A DNA stretch of 27,546 nucleotides. Source: Tubiluchus corallicola. Taxonomy: Eukaryota; Animalia; Priapulida. Location of the stretch: NCBI GenBank assembly GCA_030141605.1, contig JAQGDQ010001731.1, positions 1 to 27,546 on the forward strand. The letters are read 5' to 3'. The translations under genes were made by a program, and so were the position numbers. Below, in pieces: positions 23,901 through 27,546 of this stretch; position 1 is the first letter of the stretch; each line of letters starts with the position of its first letter. The notes below the pieces were generated by a model. It did no database searches, was not told the DNA's origin, and was given only the letters and a program-made list of their open reading frames with translations.

Positions 23901-25297
23901 TCACAGCAGAGTAAACTGCAACAGTAATTGCCACGCTCTCTCGCCAGCTTTGCACTTTCCTTATTTTTTGCCATTCACTAATTTCATGTTACTATTTCTT
24001 ATTCGGCCAGGACGGGTTTCTTTAAACATTTGTATAGTTAAACAATTAATGGTAGACTCACAACAAAAACATGTTAGATGGAAAGAACAAAAACAGGAAA
24101 TTTCTAGAACAGGCATTTATAGAGTTACTATTTACAAGCTGTAATAAATAAAAGTGAAGAAAGCATGAATAAGACTCTGACAAATAACTAGGTCAATGTA
24201 AAGTCATACATTTATAATTATAACTAGAAATAACAATTGGAAATAATTAGTAATGTTAGAGAAAATTTAACAAGATTGTTACTAATTATTTCTAATTGTT
24301 ATTTCTGGTTATAATTATAAATGTATGACTTTAAACTGACATTTTACATCAACCTACTTATTTGTCAGAGTCTTACTCGTGTTTTTATCACCCATATTCA
24401 GCGATGAGAATGACAAATTGCAAAAACTCTGAAACAGGACGGGGGTTTGGAGGGCCGCAGAGCCATAAAGACCCCAATTTTGTGACCATAGAGAGCCTCT
24501 AAGTGGACTTTAAATATCAGTTACCTTGTTTCCTGCATAATTTAAAATACTCAACTATCAAGGAAACATGATACCTAATTGTCTCAAAAACACCTAAGTA
24601 CTGGCCGCTCCTATGCAAAAATATATAAAAACTGTCTGCAATTGACTGAAATAACTCCACACAATTGATTCTATATTTTTATACATAAAGATATACACGT
24701 GGTTACACTGATGTACGTGATGTAAACAAAGTGACGGCCTGCCAACTAGCGGTCAGCTTGTGAAATAATGTACTGGGTCCGTAAAAATTTTCTCAACGAA
24801 TTTACACGATTTACAAAAATGGCACTACTGGTTTTTCAAAAACTCAGAATTCCACGTATCCGCAGAAAATTCTCATCCCTGTATATTTATTACAGTGTTA
24901 CTACATTTTAAGCACACTGCCTTCGTTAATTAACTAATTATCAACCACTTTGCATAACAGCAAAGATTTAATAATAAACCCAGCATCTACAAAATCCACT
25001 TTTCTAAATTTCAAGACAAGGAGAGGCATAAACGGTTTACAAAAGGACGATCCTCAAAAATGTGGCTCGTTTCTAGAAAAACCTTTGCTACCACATGCAA
25101 AGAATATACTGTACCGTGCATTTTCCGTGGTCCGGGGGGTGGATTCCAACCGCTCACAGTCAACACTTTCAGACACTGGGGTGCTCTTTGATCTTTGGAG
25201 ATGGGATGCAGCGGCATTAACGGCCGCTCTTTACAGTCGGGGATTATGTAATCCGGAGGCGTACAGTCGACTGACTCGCGTCGTGATTTTTTCTTTT
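741..25297 (-). CDS. CLUH: Clustered mitochondria protein homolog (CLUH/clueless), partial multi-exon gene; 12 exons in window, 5' and 3' ends outside
   Basis: The spliced translation contains CLU-family motifs: [124 protein letters not shown]. All 11 introns are GT-AG and exon phases join without frameshift (1895 nt = 2 + 631x3). Confidence 0.97.
1211..3591. repeat. 68-bp minisatellite, about 35 copies
   Basis: Unit ACAGCATGGGGCCCTTAGAGTCACCAGCTCCTGGGTAAGTAACAGTTGTGGCAGGTAGGGGCATATCA; highly homogeneous. Confidence 0.97.
4435..4879 (+). mobile_element. Helitron-like repeat family C copy 1 (may extend further left)
   Basis: Homologous to 15265-15726; ends with hairpin CGCAAA...TTTGCG about 9 nt before CTAG. 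Confidence 0.55.
4981..5266 (-). CDS. CLUH: CLUH exon K (286 nt, acidic low-complexity linker)
   Basis: Acceptor TTAATTTCAG, donor GTACGT; open frame [17 protein letters not shown]...[17 protein letters not shown]. Phases 0/1 match exons J and L. The sequence is poorly conserved, so boundaries rest on splice signals and phase. Confidence 0.82.
5353..6022. mobile_element. Kolobok-like non-autonomous element family B copy 1
   Basis: TTAA-AACACAAGAAAA...TTTTCTTGTCCT-TTGA; homologous along its length to 14136-14806. Confidence 0.8.
6099..6583 (+). mobile_element. MITE family A copy 1 (hAT-like, 13-bp TIR)
   Basis: Termini CAGGGATGAGAAT...ATTCTCATCCCTG; flanks CAGGTA/CAGGCA (5/6 match); internal sequence shared with four other copies. 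Confidence 0.9.
6631..6709 (-). CDS. CLUH: CLUH exon J (79 nt; not in ORF track)
   Basis: Acceptor TGTTTTCAG, donor GTAAGC; hand translation [26 protein letters not shown]; phases fit both neighbours. Confidence 0.9.
6782..7335. repeat. About 58-60-bp minisatellite, about 9 copies
   Basis: Unit TTTAGCTCCGCCCACCTTGATGATGTAACACACGTTCTCACAAACACTCACTCGCTGATACCAG with small indels. Confidence 0.93.
8122..8196 (-). pseudogene. tRNA-Asp(GTC) pseudogene followed by encoded CCA
   Basis: TCTTCGATTGTATAGTGGTGAGTATTCCCGCCTGTCACACGGGAGGCCGGAGTTCAATTCCCCGTCGCGGAG-CCA closely matches animal tRNA-Asp, but has one mismatch each in the acceptor, anticodon and T stems and no oligo-T terminator. Confidence 0.85.
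8313..8418 (-). CDS. CLUH: CLUH exon I (106 nt; not in ORF track)
   Basis: Acceptor TTTTCCAG, donor GTACGT; hand translation (V)[34 protein letters not shown](E). Confidence 0.94.
8948..9434 (+). mobile_element. MITE family A copy 2
   Basis: Same internal sequence; perfect 6-bp TSD AAGTTT (8942-8947 and 9435-9440). Confidence 0.9.
9782..9915 (-). CDS. CLUH: CLUH exon H (134 nt)
   Basis: Acceptor CATCTTTAG, donor GTAACG; encodes [44 protein letters not shown]. Confidence 0.96.
10616..10869 (-). CDS. CLUH: CLUH exon G (254 nt)
   Basis: Acceptor CCTGCAG, donor GTAAGG; encodes [10 protein letters not shown]...[27 protein letters not shown]...KIRPH(K). Confidence 0.96.
11032..11552 (+). mobile_element. 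MITE family A copy 3
   Basis: Perfect TIRs; perfect 6-bp TSD TAAATA (11026-11031 and 11553-11558). Confidence 0.92.
11992..12071 (-). ncRNA. Intronic box C/D snoRNA, SNORD51/snR39-snR59-like (LSU Am guide), copy 1
   Basis: Minus strand: stem AGCTG, box C ATGATGA, guide ATCACCATCTTTCGG, box D' CTGA, C'-like CTGATG, box D CTGA, stem CAGCT. The guide is complementary to LSU rRNA CCGAAAGAUGGUGA. Confidence 0.9.
12166..12268 (-). CDS. CLUH: CLUH exon F (103 nt)
   Basis: Acceptor CTTTTCAG, donor GTGAGT; encodes [34 protein letters not shown]. Confidence 0.96.
12503..13035. repeat. Compound trinucleotide microsatellite (GCT/GCC/ACC/ACT/ACA)
   Basis: Directly visible; lies inside the intron between exons E and F. 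Confidence 0.95.
13177..13405 (-). CDS. CLUH: CLUH exon E (229 nt)
   Basis: Acceptor ACTTGTAG, donor GTATGT; encodes [28 protein letters not shown]...AINPGEDA(K). Confidence 0.96.
13495..13650 (-). mobile_element. Probable LINE/SINE 3' end with (ATT)n tail
   Basis: Minus strand: stem-loop GTCGGC...GCCGAC enclosing TAGCTCTTTTGAGCTA, then AATAAA and about 29 ATT units. Confidence 0.5.
13700..13838 (-). mobile_element. tRNA-derived SINE head plus conserved core (MetaSINE/MESC-like)
   Basis: A-box-like TCTAGTGGTAATG and B box GAGTTCGAACC, then GGTCATACCGAAGACTTTAAAAATGGTACCTGCTGTTGCCCTGCCTG, which resembles by recall the Meta core domain. Confidence 0.65.
13909..13985 (+). mobile_element. Degenerate tRNA-like sequence (Ile-TAT-like arm), probable SINE head
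   Basis: Anticodon-like arm TCTGC-CTTATAA-GCAGA (13936-13952) and B box GGTTCAAATCC (13961-13971); the rest of the cloverleaf is degenerate. Confidence 0.5.
14136..14806. mobile_element. Kolobok-like non-autonomous element family B copy 2
   Basis: TTAA on both sides, 12-bp imperfect TIR AG(C/G)ACAAGAAAA; AG..CT termini with TTAA fit Kolobok rather than piggyBac. Confidence 0.85.
15009..15084 (-). ncRNA. Intronic box C/D snoRNA, SNORD51/snR39-snR59-like (LSU Am guide), copy 2
   Basis: CTGTGA-ATGATGA-ACTAACGAA-ATCACCATCTTTCGG-CTGA-AAGCTTTGATGTGAATTGTTCTTTAT-CTGA-CACAG; terminal stem CTGTG/CACAG. Confidence 0.92.
15265..15726 (+). mobile_element. Helitron-like repeat family C copy 2
   Basis: A|TC...CTAG|T boundaries, no TIR or TSD; homologous to 4435-4879. 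Confidence 0.6.
15766..15869 (-). CDS. CLUH: CLUH exon D (104 nt; not in ORF track)
   Basis: Acceptor CATTTCAG, donor GTGAGC; hand translation [34 protein letters not shown](A). Confidence 0.94.
17151..17226 (-). ncRNA. Intronic box C/D snoRNA, SNORD2/snR39B-register (LSU Gm guide), copy 3
   Basis: CTGTGA-ATGATGA-ACTTTCAA-ATTACCATCTTTCGGAT-CTGA...TTGATG...CTGA-CACAG; two extra nt (AT) before box D' relative to copies 1, 2 and 4. Confidence 0.87.
17300..17425 (-). CDS. CLUH: CLUH exon C (126 nt)
   Basis: Acceptor TTTTTACAG, donor GTACGT; encodes [41 protein letters not shown](R). Confidence 0.94.
17800..19096. repeat. 41-bp minisatellite, about 31 copies
   Basis: Unit AGCTCCCTTATTC(C/T)ATTTGTAG(T/C)AAG(T/C)ACACAGCTGTGTTT. 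Confidence 0.96.
19107..19751. mobile_element. Kolobok-like non-autonomous element family B copy 3 (more diverged)
   Basis: TTAA-AGCACAACC...TTTTCTTGTCCT-TTAA; internal deletion relative to copies 1 and 2. Confidence 0.8.
19836..20331. mobile_element. Tc1/mariner/pogo-type MITE
   Basis: TA-CAGTGGCCGCCGCTTATTGTGGACACG...CGTGTCCATAATAAGCGGCGGCCACTG-TA (27-bp TIR, 1 mismatch); subterminal repeats of TGTCCA(T/C)A(T/A)TAA; empty site at 14892. Confidence 0.93.
20441..20516 (-). ncRNA. Intronic box C/D snoRNA, SNORD51/snR39-snR59-like (LSU Am guide), copy 4 (recent duplicate of copy 2)
   Basis: Nearly identical to 15009-15084, with all boxes, guide and stem intact; flanking sequence is also shared. 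Confidence 0.9.
20553..20641. mobile_element. Right-end fragment of family B
   Basis: About 90 bp matching the last part of family B, ending TTTTCTTGTCCT-TTAA. Confidence 0.8.
20843..21376. mobile_element. Second Kolobok-like MITE (single copy here)
   Basis: TTAA-AGGAAGACCGGACGATTGT...ACAATCGTCCGGTTTTCCT-TTAA (19-bp TIR, 1 mismatch). Confidence 0.85.
21448..21532 (-). CDS. CLUH: CLUH exon B (85 nt)
   Basis: Acceptor TTTTACAG, donor GTAAGT; encodes (G)[27 protein letters not shown](Q). Confidence 0.95.
21607..23494. repeat. 43-bp minisatellite, about 44 copies
   Basis: Unit TGAGTTTGACAATTG(C/G)CAAT(A/G)GATGTACAGTTTTT(C/G)ACAATG(C/T). Confidence 0.97.
23822..23908 (-). ncRNA. Intronic box C/D snoRNA, SNORD2/snR39B-like (LSU Gm guide), copy 5
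   Basis: TGCTGTGA-ATGATGA-TATCTACAAAA-TTTACCATCTTTCGGGA-CTGA...CTGA-CACAGCA; 7-bp terminal stem. The guide ends TTTCGGGA-CTGA, as I recall for SNORD2/snR39B. Confidence 0.9.
24139..24895. repeat. AT-rich foldback (long inverted repeat) element interrupted by MITE A copy 4
   Basis: The left arm CTGTAATAAATA...AAGACTCTGACAAATAA...AATAATTAGTAA matches the reverse complement of about 24278-24398 plus TATTTATTACAG after the MITE. Confidence 0.8.
24399..24881 (+). mobile_element. MITE family A copy 4 (nested in a foldback element)
   Basis: Same family; flanks CATATT/TATATT (5/6 match). Confidence 0.9.
25115..25297 (-). CDS. CLUH: CLUH exon A (183 nt, phase 1-1)
   Basis: Acceptor TTCTTACAG, donor GTACAG; encodes [60 protein letters not shown]. 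Confidence 0.93.
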
Positions 25298-25445
25298 CTG
25301 TAAGAAAATTCAGGCTAGAATAAGAATGACATCAAATACTGGCTGAAGGAAGGTTCTCACTTAAAAGTCGTCGAAGGTAAGGGCGTGGGTTTTATTTCTG
25401 AAATAAGTTTACCGATTTAATTTAGTTTGCAACCGGCGTTTCCTA

Positions 25446-25930
25446 CACGGATGAGAATTTTCCGCGGATACGCGGAATTCCGAGTTTTTGGAAGACCAGT
25501 AGTGCCATTTTTGTAAATCACGTAAATTCGTTGAGAAAATTTTTACGGACCCAGTACATTATTTCACAAGCTGACCGCTAGTTGGCAGGCCGTCACTTTG
25601 TTTACATCACGTACATCAGTGTAACCACGTGTATATCTCTATGTATAAAAATATAGAATCAATTGTGCGGAGTTATTTGAGTCAATTGCAGACGGTTTTA
25701 TATATTTTTGCATAGGAGCGGCCAGTACTTAGGCGTTTTTGAGACAATTAGGTATCATGTATCTTTGATAGTTGGGTATTTTAAATTATGCATGAAACAA
25801 GGTAACTGATATTTTAAGTTCACTTAGAGGTTCTCTATGGTCGCAAAATTGCAATTTGTTGCTGCCTAGGTGGCCCCCAAACCCCCAGCCTATTTAAGAG
25901 TTTTTTTGCAATTTGTCATTCTCACCCCTG
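25446..25930 (-). mobile_element. MITE family A copy 5 (inverted orientation)
   Basis: Reverse complement of the family sequence; TIRs carry single substitutions; no clear TSD. Confidence 0.88.
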
Positions 25931-26542
25931 TTACATGTGTTTGCGAGCAATAGCGGCTGTCTTCAGTGCTGATGACTGCAAAAGCTGATGCAAATTGTTA
26001 CTTTATTTCAAGTATGTAATCTGTTTTTTTCTGTCACATAATGCCTGGGGCTGAGGGTGCAACAGTCAGCGTACTAATATATGGCCTAATAAACGAGACT
26101 GGTCTTGTTTAGTAACTGATTTAAATTCAGCTATTAAATTATGCATTGCTGAATGCATTAACCAGTAATCAGCAAGTGCATTTTCAGAGCCATACACGGC
26201 ACGTGAGGCTAGAATACACGTGCGACATGTGCGTGATTTGCTCAAGTCATTGGACAATTCTGATGCGTACAGTGGCGTAGACTGCATGTCTTTGTCGTTT
26301 CTTAACACGGTGACTAATGGTGATATACTGGGTAAGTGTTTTTAGACAAAAATGCAATAATACTTCGATATTTTGTGTTAAAACAGTGTGTAAAAACAAA
26401 CTGAAACTTCTTTTTCACAAACCCAGTTCTGTTAAAATAATTTTCTTTGTGTTATTTATTTGTTTTAGTTTAATTATGCATAGTATTTGGTGTAAAACAG
26501 TAAGGTAAGGTAGTGAGCAGAAAAAACCATTAACATGCACTG

Positions 26543-26550
26543 CACACACG

Positions 26551-26604
<54 letters not shown>
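26543..26604. repeat. (CA)n microsatellite
   Basis: Directly visible, with two interruptions. Confidence 0.95.
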
Positions 26605-26609
<5 letters not shown>

Positions 26610-27546
26610 GGCAAAGTACAGACATCTGGCCTGGTTTTCACATTGGCATAAAGCGCAACGTAACTTCAGTTCTTTTTGGATAATTTGTATAATTTATATT
26701 TTTCTTATTTTTTTTCTTATTTTTTTTTGTTATCTACAGCATCACCGTTAATTTTTAATAGACTAATCTACTTACAAGAAAGGGCAGGAGACTAGATGAC
26801 CCTATGGGGTCCTTCCCTGCCTGGCTCCATGATTATAGTTACTTAATATTTAAAAAACTTTTGATGTTAGACTAATTGGAGAAAATAAAGGTTCTATGTC
26901 TATGTCTAACTTCATTATTATTGAGCTTCGTTTTTAGACTAGGAAACAAATTGCGTTTTCTGCCTAAACGAAAACAGTCCTTCTCAAGGCGACTGTTAAA
27001 TGCGATTCTCTTGACTTTACACTACACGGTCAAGCTAAAGCTGCAATACAGCCGAGCACAACAACAAATCTGCTTTACTGGCGTGCAGTCTGAATTGGGA
27101 AAATTGTGAACCCTGAATTAACATATCATAAGCGGTAATCGTTTAAAACATTTGCAGAGGTAAAACGTATCACAAGTGCTAATGATTTCAAATGCTTGTA
27201 CAGCAATGCTCCCCTAACAAACTACAAATACTTTTTCGAAGTAAATATCTAACAAGATTAAGTTTTTTGGGATTTGGATTTGGAATTCTTTGCTTCCTGG
27301 AAAAGGGAAGGAGGAGAGGAAGATGCCTAATGATAGTGACTGTAGTTAATTATACAAGTCATGCTGTCGCTCTCTATGCAGCCGTTATAATTAATCGCAG
27401 TGTTTGAGTAATATACTTACGTAAGAGGATTTCAATAAAGCTCTGTGTTACGTAATAACAGCAGGAGTGTAATGCTTAGTAGGGGAGACCCGGGTAAAGT
27501 GGATCACTTAAGGGTTTTCCCTCATAGAGTTCAAGACGTTTGATCT

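Noticed and set aside
11992-23908. Second antisense guide upstream of the terminal D boxes
   Set aside because: The sequence there is not conserved among copies and I recognised no rRNA or snRNA complementarity.
27478-27546. AGTAGGGGAGACCCGGG, possible transposon terminus
   Set aside because: It is truncated by the window edge and no partner end is visible.

Overview
This is eukaryotic (animal, probably invertebrate) genomic DNA lying entirely inside one minus-strand, intron-rich gene, the CLUH/clueless (clustered mitochondria, TIF31/CLU1 family) homologue. Twelve GT-AG exons with consistent phases (25297 to 741; 1895 nt, about 631 codons) cover the CLU domain and the start of the central region. 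Both ends of the gene lie outside the window. The main finding is five related box C/D snoRNAs, one per intron in five of six consecutive introns, all antisense to the LSU rRNA motif CCCGAAAGAUGGUGA. A 2-nt difference before box D' splits them into an Am-guiding class (snR39/snR59/SNORD51 type) and a Gm-guiding class (snR39B/SNORD2 type). One copy was recently duplicated between introns, with transposon ends at its junctions. The introns also hold five copies of a MITE with 6-bp TSDs, two of them inverted around an in-frame 183-nt exon. Other content includes TTAA-flanked Kolobok-like elements, a TA-flanked MITE whose empty site is visible in the window, Helitron-like copies, a tRNA-Asp pseudogene with encoded CCA, tRNA-derived SINE pieces and several minisatellites, one of which amplified a 5' splice site nine times. 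Most ORFs in the supplied track are repeat artefacts. All identifications were made by eye and from recall; no searches were run.
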